A stretch of 64,000 nucleotides of DNA, taken from assembly GCF_006345805.1 (NCBI RefSeq), contig NC_043020.1, positions 28,582,001 to 28,646,000 on the forward strand, given 5' to 3'. Positions 22,848 to 35,827 of the stretch are shown piece by piece; position 1 is the first letter of the stretch; the number at the start of each line of letters is the position of its first letter. This DNA is from Octopus sinensis (Eukaryota). The notes beneath the pieces are model-generated. The model saw nothing but the letters and a program-made list of their open reading frames with translations, was not told the DNA's origin and did not search any database. The translations under genes were made by a program, and so were the position numbers.

Positions 22848-23194
22848 TATATTAAATGTTTGTGTAAGTCAATACACTGTGTTAACAAAATCAGTCCTGG
22901 CTATAATTTCTATGGAAAATCTGTAAAGAGAATTCTAACAAGATTTACTCAGGGTTTACTTAGGACTGAACCAGAACAACAGCTCAAAGTAGATCACCTT
23001 GGCTGTTTTTTGCTAATCCATCTGGTCATGAAGATTTCTGTTTATTTTCTCAACCGTCTCTCCAGTCAGGTGGTGAGTTTTACTCATCAGAATAATAGCA
23101 GGCTTTGATTTGCAGCATATGCTGAGTTAGGTGCTAAGAGTGTTGCATATGACATACAATCAGCTTTCTAGAAATATATATATATATATAATAT

Positions 23195-23290
<96 letters not shown>

Positions 23291-23465
23291 AATAAGAAAA
23301 TGGAGGGGATCAATAGACGGTTCATCAACTTTTAGACATTATATTATGTCAATTTATTTATTTACTAAACTGACAATTACAAGAATATTCATACATGTAT
23401 AACATTATGCTCTACTTATAAAATATATTAATATATAAAGATACCAGTAATTATTACAATATAAC

Positions 23466-23496
<31 letters not shown>

Positions 23497-24683
23497 CACA
23501 TATGACGGGCTTCTTTCAGTTTCCATCCACCAAATCCACTCGCAAGGCTTTGTTCGACTTGAGGCTATTATAAAAGACACTTGTTCAAGGTGCCACGCAG
23601 TGGGACTGAACCCTGAACTATGTGATTCAAAAGTAAACTTTTTAACCACTCAGCTATGCCTTTGTCTCCAAATATTAGAATTCTTTTAAAACCCTAAAGT
23701 TTTCTAAATAGCTTTGCACACCTACAGACCATCCATGACCTGATTGACACGGTGCTGAACGTCCGATTTACCCAATCACAAATTGCTTCGTGTTTATGTT
23801 TTCACTTTCCTCCTATGTAAAGTATTTCGTTTGTGTTTATTGTTTTCCCTTTTGTTTTATTTTATTTGTATTTGTGCGAATGTTTTTCATTTTTTTTCTT
23901 TAAAGATATTTTGATTGGAATTTGTTACAACAGATAATGGATACTTTACGAATCTGAGGTCAAATTTCATTGATATTGGCTTCATTTTTCATCTCTCCCG
24001 TGTCAATAACAATGATTAGTTGGATCCGGTAGAACAGCAGATAAAATACCTTGTGGTATTTTGTTTCTCACAATACTGAGTTCAGATCCCACTGAAATTT
24101 AGCTCGTTTCTGTGTGATAATATATATACAATCATCATCATTTATACATCCACTTTTCCTTGCTTGCACACAAGTTGGACAGTATGTTGAGGCAGATTTT
24201 CTATGGCTGGATGCTCTTCCTGTCACCAACCCTCACCCGTTTTCCAAGCAAAGTAATATTTCCCTATGACCAGGCATGTTCTCTTAGAATATTAGAAATG
24301 AACGACACTGCTTGTGTGACGGGGATGTTCATTTACAACCATCAAGCAATTTTGAGACAAAGAAACACAAACATGCATCCACTCACAAATTTACATGCAT
24401 GCATAGAGTAAGGGTTTCTTTCAGTTTCTGTCTACCAGATGCACCAAAAGGCTTTTGGCAGACTGAGGCTGTAATAGAAGATGCTTATCCTAGTTGCCTT
24501 GCTGTAGGTTTGAACCCCAAACCATGTGGTTAGGAAGCAAACTTCTTAACCACACAGTCATGTCTGTCACGAAGAACACTTCTATTTTAGTAACAGACTG
24601 TCTTGGATAAAGTAGTCCCAGGGTATCTTTACCCATGGAAAGACAGAATGGATGGAATACCACTGATCATAGGCCTGCCTGAC

Positions 24684-24903
24684 CCCTTAGCATTTAAACC
24701 AGTTATATCAGACCCAAATATTTTACCTGCTTCATGTTCAAACTGGCCAAATCCGGCCTCTCACACCTACCTTACAATGTCATCCTAAAAATAAACAACC
24801 ACATCATCAAAATCTCAAAGCTGTGAGATAATGCGGGATTAAGTGAAAAACGATGTGAATAAATAATTATTACAGTTGACAGGATAATCTGAATACAAAA
24901 GGG
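24684..24903 (+). mobile_element. piggyBac-type MITE (~220 bp)
   Basis: Homologous to 61955-62173; ends aaagggTTAA. Confidence 0.75.
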
Positions 24904-27149
24904 TTAATCAACCCTCCCACTAACACTCTACACCTTTATTGCCATTATAAAGCCTCCCTTCACACTCATTCCTGTCTAAGCTCTCCCTCTCTTTGGCTTG
25001 CCTTCTCGTTCATTCCTGTCAAAGCTCCTTCTCACTCTAAACAGTATATTGAGGTGTGTCTGTGAGACAAATATTTTGCCTGCTTGTTTTTATTATTGCT
25101 TTCATTTCTTTTCAGATCAATTCGTCATAAAGATGTTCCATTGGAGTTTACATTAAAATAATTTTCTAGGAAAGCAACTGCCCCATGTAAATACCACCAG
25201 TTTTTATACCATCACTGTATTTTAAAAAATAATTGTATTGTATATTAGGGGAGAAAAAAAGATCTTTCCATATCATATATTAATCATGACTTCTTTCTTT
25301 GTGTGTGTGACTTGTAACAATTCTGCATATTCTGCTGTGATTTCTTTTACCGATTGATTAATGAAAGTGTTTTACAATCAATCTCCTATATTAACAAGAA
25401 TAATAAGCAAGTTGTTCTTCATTTGAACATTTGCCTTCTGTGATGACAAATGCTTTCTTGGTTGGATACTCTTCTTGACTGCCGGCTTACTTGATTTTCA
25501 TTTAAGAATGGAATCTTGTCGGCAAAGCACATTTGTAGCAAGTGTAGTTTTGGCTGTAATATGGTTTGAAGTTTTCAGAATACTGCTGTGATCTGCCCCC
25601 TTTAACCTCAGTTTTTGTGCCTTATGCTTTTGAGTGGAAAGTACTAAAGATCGTTTTGAGTGACAGGCAGTGGTAGCAGCCAGAGATGATGTTTTCCGAA
25701 AGGCATAAATAAACATTTCCCTATCTTTGTGAAACCTCACGTCTATGTAAGAAATCCTCAAATATTAATAATGTGTGTTCATTGAGAAAATAACTTAAGT
25801 AAATGTTTTACTGTTTCCATTGCTTTAATTAAACTGAAACGAAAAAAATAACCCACCTGTCTAGTAAATGCAGTACATTTAAAATAGCTGTCTATGTATA
25901 CATTATGTATGATGTATAGATGACTGTTCTAATTTAATACTATCTCAATTGCATATGTAGGATTTTTTTTCAACTGGGCAGCAATTCACAACATCAGTAA
26001 ATGTTTTATTCAATTTCTCATGTATCTGAGACAACAAATTCTTGTCCAAGCATGTTGCTGACTACAAGAACATGCTATTGAAAAACCCCAACAAAGCTGA
26101 AATGCAACTGTGTCCCTTGCTGGCCACCACTGGGATAAATTTTCATCTCCCTCTGTTGTTTATTTTTTGAGCATTGCACCTCTATCAGAGAGGTTACTTG
26201 TGGGCAAATGCCACAATAACTGACCTATCAACAGTTTCTATACATTACGATACACAGACGGATATTTTTAATTCCATACTGTCTCAGTTGTGTATACCAG
26301 ACGATATATTTAGCTAATTAAATCTTCCATGACTCATTGTTTTTAATAGACATAATATATATTAGTGTAGTTTCAGAATGGGTTTTTTAAAAAATAGGAA
26401 AACGGGGCTTCATCTTTCATTGAAGAGAATAAATGTAGCTTGGTATTGTTTTCAGATGTGCTGGACCTTAGGTTTCCAACACAAGATACATTTGTCCTCA
26501 AACAAGCCATTATCTTTCACATTCACTGATTTACAAAGGATATTTATAATGTACAGTAAAAACTCATATTGTAATGATTGTTTTGCTGTACCTAAGAATA
26601 TCATGAATATAAGCCTTCATTCTTAAATTAAATAAAATAGAATCTTCAAGTCCAGCATTTTACTATATAAGTTGTTTGAAGCGATGTCGACAAAAGTGTT
26701 AGAATCATCAGTTCAGTAATTCTTTTCTTTTTATTGCTTGCAAAAAAAAAAAAAAAAATAAAAGATAATTATGCACTTTTAGGAATGGATGTTGATGTGA
26801 GTGAGACTACTGCTGTTTGGTGTGTCATCTTAACATGTATTTAATTGACTTGGAAATAAGCAGTTGTCAGCCTGTTCCACAAACATAAATATCTTCATTG
26901 AAAAACTATATATTGTTTATGTTTTTGTTGCAAAATTATATTTTTTGTTCTTTTCTTAGTCTTTTAAGATAACAAAGTGTAATGTAATGTAATTGAGGTG
27001 GTGAAGTTTTAGCTTTTGATTCAGAAATGTAGGCAGTTGCTCTCGAAACAAATCTAAAAAGAAATGTAATAATGAATTACTGTATTGCTGGTTCTAGATG
27101 CCAATGGACTGGTTAAAAACTGCAGCATGTGTAAATGAAGGCTATCTCT

Positions 27150-27700
27150 TAAACTTCCGCTCAGCCAAAAGGTTTAGTAAGGACTCCCCCACACCCCGAC
27201 ACACTTGCTGATGATTTTATCAATGCTCATTCCTATGAGGTGGGTGGGGTGGGTGTGACAGCAGGTCGGCTGTGGCTGCCTGGATGTCTGCTGGTTTGGA
27301 GATAAGTAGGTTGTATGAAGGGGGGTGGTGGTGCTGTGTGGCACAAATGAGCTTTAGCATTTCTGGCCTAGAAAGGCAGAAGTAGGGGAATAATAGGGGA
27401 TGGTAGATAGATTTGGCATGAGCAGAATGGAAAGAAGTGAAGTCGAAGCAGATAAAAGACAGACATGGAGAGAGGATAGTGTGGTCCAGAGAAATAGAGG
27501 TGTTCAGGTGATGAAGATGATGGGGGTTGAAGTCTAGGGCAGGTTGGAAGGTTTGATGAAAATGATGGAGGAATTGAGCTGTAAGGGAGTTGATGTTGAT
27601 ACAACCAGCAAGGTAATGACTAGGGATCTAGCAAATTGAGAGATTTAGGTTTGAACATGACTAACAAGCAGGTTTGTGTAATTAGGGTCTACAGTAGACC
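27150..27700 (-). mobile_element. Degenerate Penelope-like RT fragment
   Basis: On -: NSLTAQFLHHFHQTFQPALDF resembles PLE ..QFLHHFNSFHPALQFT..; many stops. Confidence 0.45.
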
Positions 27701-27858
27701 CCTTGAGACTTTTTGGTAGAAATCTTAGACCTTATCATCGATACCCTCCCCCTTTCACCCATCTTATCTCCTCCCCAATGCAGCATCCTATGGAGCTTCC
27801 GTTTCTTCGAATCTGACTCTGTTACTCCCCATATATTTCCTAAACACCTCCCTTCCTT

Positions 27859-28142
27859 CAAATGGAAATTGTAGTTGTGATACCTGTGCCGGTGGCACGT
27901 AAAAAGCACCATCTGAACATGACCGATGCCAGCGCCGCCTTCACTGGCTTCTGTGCCAGTGGCACGTAAAAAGCACCCACTACACTCACGGAATGGTTGG
28001 CGTTAGGAAGGGCATCCAGCTGTAGAAACACTGCCAGATCAGACTGGAGCCCGGTACAGCCTCCTGGCTTCCCAGACCCCGGTCAAACCGTCCAACCCAT
28101 GCTAGCACGGAAAACAGACGTTAAACAATGATGATGATGATG
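27859..28142 (+). mobile_element. Family C retroposon 3' end (two tandem units)
   Basis: Conserved tail and (GAT)n. Confidence 0.85.
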
Positions 28143-29287
28143 TGACCTTCTTGTCCATAGTTGTTTCATCCCTTGCCACATACAACCTGGAAATTTATTT
28201 TTCTCTGGCTCCCATTACAACTGTCTCTTCGTCCAGAGCATCACCATTTCACACAGGCCTAATTCATCTTCCATCTTACTAACCAGTTCACTCATACCTC
28301 CAAGAGAAATATTTCACTACATAAAATGCCAACATTGTAGATTGCTGTAGTTTGGAGAAAGTGATTGATGCTTGACAGATTGTTGTGATGACATCCTTTA
28401 GATGTCTGACACAACAAGTCAACCACCCTGACCTGTGGCCTGTCATTTTAATATTCCCGGCCACGCCTGTTCGCATCTTGCCCATCTGTAGTGTTGTTTT
28501 ACATCTCCTGCATCAAGAACAAATGAAATTAAAGTCAGTTGTATCAAAGAAAAGGAAGGGGGCATGGTTAGTGACTTCATTTTCTACTATTTGTTGAGGG
28601 AGATTTAGCTGCTCTTTCTACCAGGTGCAACAGCTACAAAGACCGCGTAAGCATTAAGCATAGAGCAAAAGAAAAAGAATACGAAAGCGAAGTAGAGAAT
28701 AGCAAAATTGTTAAATGTCAAACGAGAAGCTGAATAATCAGACGTCGAGTGAAAGCGTAGAAGTACTGAAAGATGATGCTGCTCTGCACAGACAGAAAAG
28801 AGACATCTTAGACTGCATCCAAAAGGAGACCACCCCTACCTGATTGGCAAAGATTCAGTCACCAACATTGTTTCAATAAGTAGCTCACAGATGGTACCGT
28901 TTCTTCTCTCTGCCTGTTTTACTGGTGATATCACGATGGCCTCTGCAGTATGAGATTCTTTTGGCTCTGCCTCTCTCTTGTTGCTCATTCAACACGGACT
29001 TATTCTCACTCAAAATATGTTTTTACATCCATCTGCTATCGTGAGTTTATTAGATCTCCTTTTACATAATTCTCTCTGCCTCTCTCCTTCCCCTCATTCG
29101 TTATCTAATTGCTCTTTAAACATTTTAATTCTTTAAATTGCTGTTTACCCAAAAGCTTAACTACAGGCTATGATCCTGTTTTATCTAATCCCACAGGTTT
29201 ACAAATACAAATGTTTCAGTGATATTTGAAAAAAAAAAAACCATTCAGCTACGTATTGGTAGATCATGGACTCAAACGCTGGTATAT

Positions 29288-29594
29288 ATGTTGTTTGTTC
29301 CTTCTCGAGCCATGCCTGGCTCATAAGGGCTGGTTTCCCGGTTTCTTTGGCATATAGGTTTCCCCACCTGGATGAGACGCCGGTTCGTCGCAGGTGAACC
29401 GCAAGATGCAGGAGGAAAGAGTGAGAGAAAGTTGTGGCAAAAGATCCAGCAGAAGTTCGCCATTACCTTCTGCTGGAGCCACGTGCAGCTTAAGTGTTTC
29501 ACTCATAAACACACACATCGCCCGGTCTGAGATTCGAACCTGCGATCTCTCGACTGCGAGTCCGCTGCTCTAACCACTAGGCCACATGCCTCCA
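29288..29594 (-). mobile_element. Full-length tRNA-Arg-like SINE (family D) with 15-bp TSD
   Basis: Head GTGGCCTAGTGG...GACTCGCAGTC...AGATCGCAGGTTCGAATC resembles tRNA-Arg; TSD caaac(g/a)ctggtatat at 29273-29287 and 29595-29609. Confidence 0.9.
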
Positions 29595-30395
29595 CAAACA
29601 CTGGTATATCGGTTACGTGGTTCTGTTAGCACTCTACGAACCACAAAGTACCACTCACTCATCACCAGGGCTGTGGAGTCAGTCGGAAACAATTACTGAC
29701 CCCCCCATTCCCCAAAATATGCAAGGAGGTAAAGTTGACTTCAGTGGGGTTTGACCTCAGAGTGCTGGCAGTCGGAGCAAATACTTCAAAGTGGTTCAGC
29801 CTGACATTCTAAGTAGCCGTATTGAATTCTCTGCCTTCTCACAGTTTCCACAAGGTCTTACTTAAATTTACATTAATTCAAGTAAGTCTTTAGATTAGGA
29901 TAGAAATGTCAACAACCCAATTGCGTTGTCAATTCTAATAACAAGTATTTTTGTAATGAATTAATTTTTCAAACTGCTGTGCTTGATAGCTTCGTTACAT
30001 AGATTAAATTGACGTTTAAATATGTCACAATAAAATGAATCCTTGAACCTTGCATTCATATTAATATGCAAAAAAACAAAAAATTAATCTCGTGATTGAA
30101 ATCAAAGCTAATCATTTTAAAACTTCCTGTACTTTGTGATCCTTGTTGTCTAGAAAAAGGATTTAGGTCGTGTTTTTTTTAAAATTCTAAATTGAATCTT
30201 TATCTGTCATATTTTACTTGTTTTAGTCATTGGTCTTTGGTCATGCTGGGGCACCACCTTGACTTCAGTACTTATTTTGAAAGTCTGATGCATATTTTAT
30301 TGGTTTCATTTGCCAAACTGCTTAGTTACAGGGATGTAAACAAACCAACACTGGTTGTCAGGCAATTGGGGTGTAAAAAACAAACACACTCTCTA

Positions 30396-30426
<31 letters not shown>

Positions 30427-30957
30427 TATATAGGTGCTTCTGCGTCTGTCAATAAAGAACTAATGTGAATGTTTAAATGATTAGTAATCAGTGAACTATG
30501 AACAGCAAGGCCTCACAAACTGGAAGTTAGAAATCTAACACTTTATATTTTTGATAAGAATTTATACTAACTTTCAGAAGATATGCTTCCAGCAGTCTCT
30601 CTTTAGTTTTTCTCTCTCCTTCCTGATTTCAATTGAAAGTTCCATGATAACCTGTCTAGAAATGATTACTTTCCTATAACGCTACAAAGAAACAAAGTTC
30701 GTAGTATTCGGACTTTTGAATTTTGTTTCCAACTGGCAATATATGGACATGGTTGACACACTCTTGTTAAACCAGTAAACATTGGGTATATATATCTTGA
30801 TTTGACTAAATTTTTTTTCACATTCAAAATCGTCTTCATTCTACAAATTCAAAACACTTATTGAAGAGTACCTTCTCCAAAAAAAAAAAATTATGTAAAA
30901 TTTCTGCTGCAAGATTATTTTGTGAAATGATTTCTTAATATAGATGGATGCATAACT

Positions 30958-31760
30958 GTTAGGGAGTTGGACACAAGGAAGATGAAAGGAGATGAGAGAT
31001 GGATAGGAAGATAATGTTTAAGAGGGGATGACATGAACCCAGCCTATTTCTCTTTGGAACCACATGGATCAGAATCTGGTCCTACTGTGTGGCTGGTGTC
31101 CTCTACCATACCTGTGTGTTGACCAATTCCATGTAACTGCATTTGGTAGAAGGAAACCAGATGAAACCTGCAGTTTGAATTTCCCTTGTCTTGACGAGTT
31201 TTGTACATTGATTATAAAGCTGGCAGCTAGAGTCCTTACAGTATCCAAATGTTGTGCCTCACTATCATCAAGGATCTCTTTTGGAAGAAGCACATCCTTG
31301 ACATATATGGAACCACATCCCAAAGACTGGCTCTTCTTTTCTTGGCCATTGGCCCTCTACAAAGCTCAGGAAGGGCATACAATTGATTATTGCTCCCATA
31401 TGTGGACCAGTGTTACTCTGGTACACTTACACATCCTGACCATGTCCAGAGAAGGTGCCACTTGACTGATTGATATAAAGTCACTCACAGACACATTCCA
31501 GCTTCTGGTCCATGAACTTACAGCCTCCTCCTTGTCTTCTCTACTGAAACTATAATGGCCTCTGTTCCCCAAAGTAGGCTGGGTTCATGTCATCCCCTCT
31601 TAAACATTATCTTCCTATCCACCTCTCATCCTTTCATCTTCCTTGTTGTGTCCAACTCCCTAACTTTGCACTAATCATTACACCCAGTCTTTCCTTGCCA
31701 GAACTTTGGGCCTCTGGATACCCTTCTCTACTCATGTTTTTCTCTGTAAATGTTGGCAAA
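30958..31760 (+). mobile_element. L2/CR1-group LINE 3' fragment with an inverted 5' segment
   Basis: LYKAQ...DYCSHMW and YNGLCS...VQLPNF.TNHYTQSF resemble LYKAQIRP.MEYCSH.W-type LINEs; 30958-31046 is the reverse complement of 31575-31664. Confidence 0.8.
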
Positions 31761-32742
31761 TAAAGGTTTGATAGGAACAATCAAAGCATTAACCTCACCA
31801 GCCTAAGAGGACCCACAAAGGCCAGGGGGCACTGCTGCTTCTTCTGGATTCAGCAACTAAAAAAAAGAATACATATACATGCTGTTGATGCAGGGGCAAA
31901 TAGGGGGTTGGTGGCTGAAGAGCATGTACCCTTCTAAATAATATTACGCCTTTTTCTCCTGGATTTGTATTTCCTTCTGACCTTGTGTCCCCGCTTCAAA
32001 AAATTCCCAGGACAAGGCCTGTGATGTCACATATGAAATGATATTTGATTGCTTAAACAGGTTTTGTATGTCTGTGATGACACACTTGCTATATTACTCA
32101 TAATTACTTGCTATATAATTACTCATAAACCTCTCTTCTCTCTTTATGCACAGATTTGTCAGCAGAAATGTTTAAAAAAAAACTTAATTCAGTTTCGAAT
32201 AGAAAATAAATGGCAAAACCACGAGCACTAAGGGCAGAGTTAGGAGGTTGCTATACGCTGAAGAGTGTGGCAATCATAGGACTGTCGGAGAGTTTTGTAT
32301 CTCAGAAAAGTTAGTGAGAGACTGATCTGATTGGAACGAAAAGAAGAAAATGCCAAAACAAAACCTGTTGTATGATATAGTGTCTTCCAATATAAGAAAC
32401 TGGAGTGGATTTTATATAAGCTGGGTGTGTGAATAGAGTTGTCATTCACATGGCTATAACAAAAGCACTACAGTTAACCGGAATACAAATAAACACATTA
32501 GTCTTTCATGCTTCAGTTGGTTGATTGAAATTAATGAATAGAAATGGGTTAGTATAACATGGGTGAAACTGGGCTGAGATAATGTAGAACAAGGAGTGGC
32601 AGAATTGACTCCAGAATTTTAACACAAAGTACTGTGAGTTCTGATCTTGCCAAGGTCGTCTTTGTCTTTTGTCTTGAAAAATAGAATATTGGTCCAGCAA
32701 TGGAACTGATTCTTCTATCTCTTACCTTTTTCTTTGGATTTT

Positions 32743-32965
32743 ACCTTTTAGCATTTAGACTTGCCATGCCCAGCCCAAATGTTCTACTTGCTTTATGTTC
32801 AAACTGTCAAGAGCTAACCCTTCACAGCCACATTACAATGTCATTCTAAAAATAGACAATTCACATCATCAAAATCCCAAAGCTATGAGATTATGCGTGA
32901 TTAATTCAAAACGATGTGAATAAATAAGTATCGCGTTTGACAGAGTAATTTGAGTGCCAAAGAGT
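32743..32965 (+). mobile_element. piggyBac-type MITE, diverged
   Basis: Homology to 61955-62173. Confidence 0.7.
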
Positions 32966-33070
32966 TAGATAAAGTCCTGGCCTTGTTATATTTATGTCTT
33001 ACTGATTTGGTCTGAGAAATACATAAAAAGGTACAGGTGTCTGTGTAGGATACTTAGCCAAAATGTGCCG

Positions 33071-33640
33071 ACCCTTTAGCATTCAGCTTACTCTGTTGAA
33101 TGTAATGCTTATGTATTTACGTTGTTTTAAATTAATCATACAAAAAGCACCATCTGAGCATGTTCGTCACCAGCGTTGCCTTACTGGCACGTGAACAAAA
33201 CATTCGAGCGAGGTCGTTGCCAGTGCTGCTGGACTGACTCCTGTGCAGGTGGCATGTAAAAAACACCATTTTGAGCGTGGTCGTTGCCAGTACTGCTAGA
33301 CTGGCCCTTGTGCAGGTGGCACGTAAAAGCACCCACTACAGTCTCAGAGTGGTTGGCTTTAGGAAGGGCATCCAGCTGTAGAAACTCTGCCAGATCAGAT
33401 TGGAGCCCGGTGCAGCCATCTGGTTCGCCAGTCCTCAGTCAAATCGTCCAACCCATGGAAAGCGGACGTTAAACAATGATGATGATGATTATTATTATTA
33501 TTTTGTAGCTTCAAGATTTCGATGATGTGATTAATTCATTTATGGACATTGTAGAGCAGGTGTGAGAAGCCAGACCTAGCTAGTTTGAACATAAAATAAG
33601 AATATTTGGGCTGGGTGTGGTTGGTTTAAATGCTAAAGAG
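33071..33640 (-). mobile_element. piggyBac-type MITE interrupted by a family C retroposon (~33145-33505, +)
   Basis: MITE halves in reverse orientation flank the retroposon. Confidence 0.75.
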
Positions 33641-33880
33641 TCAGAAGATACCCTGCTATATTACCTGTTAATTTCACGAGTAGGAATTCATTTGGTTGAC
33701 TAGCTAAATACTCAGCATCGAGACCAATTTAGAATCCACCGATTTATCAGTCAACCAGGAATGTAGTTTCAAAGTTTGTTCTAGACTCAGATCATAGAAA
33801 CCTATTGCTGTGATATCTATGGTTCTGGGACTTTGCTAGACTATATTTAACAATGATTGAGATCATTTCAGCTTAACATG

Positions 33881-33930
<50 letters not shown>

Positions 33931-34283
33931 TGTTATTATTATTCAAACCCAGTCACAAGTGATATTACGAAAAGCAACCTGTGACTCATGTATTATAAGC
34001 ACAAAGACGTGGGTAGACCATTTCTATTGCCTTGACTTACATTCAGGCATGGTTGTGTGGTAAAAAAATTATGCTTCGTAACCACATTGTTTTGGGGTTC
34101 AGTTCCATTGTGGTGACAGGTGATTTTTCCTATAGCACAAGGCCAACTAAAGCCTTGTGAATGGATTTGGTTGATGGAAACTGAATGAAGCCTTTCATAG
34201 GTGTATCTATGTTCATGTCTCTTTGTTTTGGTATTGCATGCTAATTGTAAACAAACCCACACACACCTAGAAAAGTAGACATT

Positions 34284-34685
34284 AGGTGCTGATGTGGCTG
34301 TGTGGTAAGTAGCTTGCTTACCAACCACATGGTTCTGGGTTCAGTCCCACTGTGTGGCACCTTGGTCAAGTGTCTTCTACTATAGTCTCAGGCTGACCAA
34401 AGCCTTGTGAGTGGATTTGGCAGATGGAAACTAAAAGAAGCCTGTTGTATATGTATGTATATGTATATATCTGTGTGTGTATGTCTTTGTGTCTGCCCTT
34501 TTCCCCCAACTAGTGTTGGTGTGTTTGCATCCCTGTGACTTAGCAGTTCAGCTATAAGACCAATAGAATAAGTATCAGGCTTAACAAAGAAGTACTATGG
34601 TTGATTGATTCACTCAACTAAAAGGTTGTGGCAGTGCTCCAGCATGGCCGCAGTCTAATGACTGGAACACGTAAAAGATAAAAAA
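34284..34685 (+). mobile_element. Full-length SINE family B, diverged
   Basis: Head, CORE-like segment and tail collinear with 47953-48340. Confidence 0.85.
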
Positions 34686-35607
34686 TTTAAACAACGACAA
34701 TGACGTGGTAGATTAATCTTTTCTATTAATGCCATTTCTTTGTCTTAATAAATGTAGAACCATTTTCCACAGCAGACAGATTCCTTACAGAGGTCTTGGT
34801 CATTTGATAGTGAAACAAAGGACTTTCTTGGAAGATACATTTTCTCGTCTTCAGCTAAACAAGATTCGACTGAAGCTGTCTCGCTTTAAGTATCAAGTTT
34901 TTCTAAATATGATAGTGTTGTTCTATTAATTCCTGCGTTGCTCATTCGACTGTTAAATCGACTTTTGTTCAATGATTCACAACAATGACATTCAGTTTTA
35001 TAATATCCGGAATGTTCAGAGAGACATCCCCCCCTTCCTCCCTTCTTCTCAGAAGTAGACCACTGTTATTTCTACGTTGACCTTTTCAATCTGGTTTCTC
35101 CGTGTGTTTTCTTTACCTTACTTGATGTGTAAAGAAACCAGAATAGCTTATCAAGATAAGCTTTCAAATTAGCACCTGATTAACATACTGTTGTTGTTGG
35201 TGGTGGTGGTCATATTGTTGTCATTGTTAATAGTTCAAAAGAAGAGACTATGGCTTCATTTCAATTAGTGGTACCTGATTTCTTTTGTGTTACAAAACTA
35301 GTTTCCATTTATTTATAGGAAAATTAGAACTTTTTTTTGTTTCTGTCATCATTTCATATAAATACAGGTTTGGCTGAGTGGTTAAGAAGCTTCCTTTTGC
35401 AACCACATGGTTTCAGGTTCAGTCCTATTACATGGCACTTTGGACAAGCATTTTCTACTAAAGCTCTGGCCTGACCAATACCTTGTGAATGAATGTGGTA
35501 GATGGAAACTGTGTGAAGACCCCGTGTGTGTGTGTGTATTTGTCCCTCACCACTGCTTATGCAAAAGGGGGTGGGTGGCGTGCAGGTTGGAAAGTGATGT
35601 TGTTTAA

Positions 35608-35827
35608 CCCTTAAGTGTTTAAACCGGCCATATCCGGCCCAAATATTCTAAATGTTTTATATTCAAACTGGCCATATCTGGCCTCTCACACCTAATCTAC
35701 ATTGACATTCTAAAAATAAACAATCACATCATTGAAAGCTCAAAGCTATAACATAATGCATGATTAATTCAAAACAATTTGAGTGAAAAAGTATTACATT
35801 TAATAGAGAAATTTGAACACCAAAGAG
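35608..35827 (+). mobile_element. piggyBac-type MITE with TTAA on both sides
   Basis: TTAA|CCCTT...aaagag|TTAA. Confidence 0.8.

Noticed and set aside
29520-29594. tRNA gene
   Set aside because: No acceptor stem; it is the head of a SINE with body, tail and TSD.
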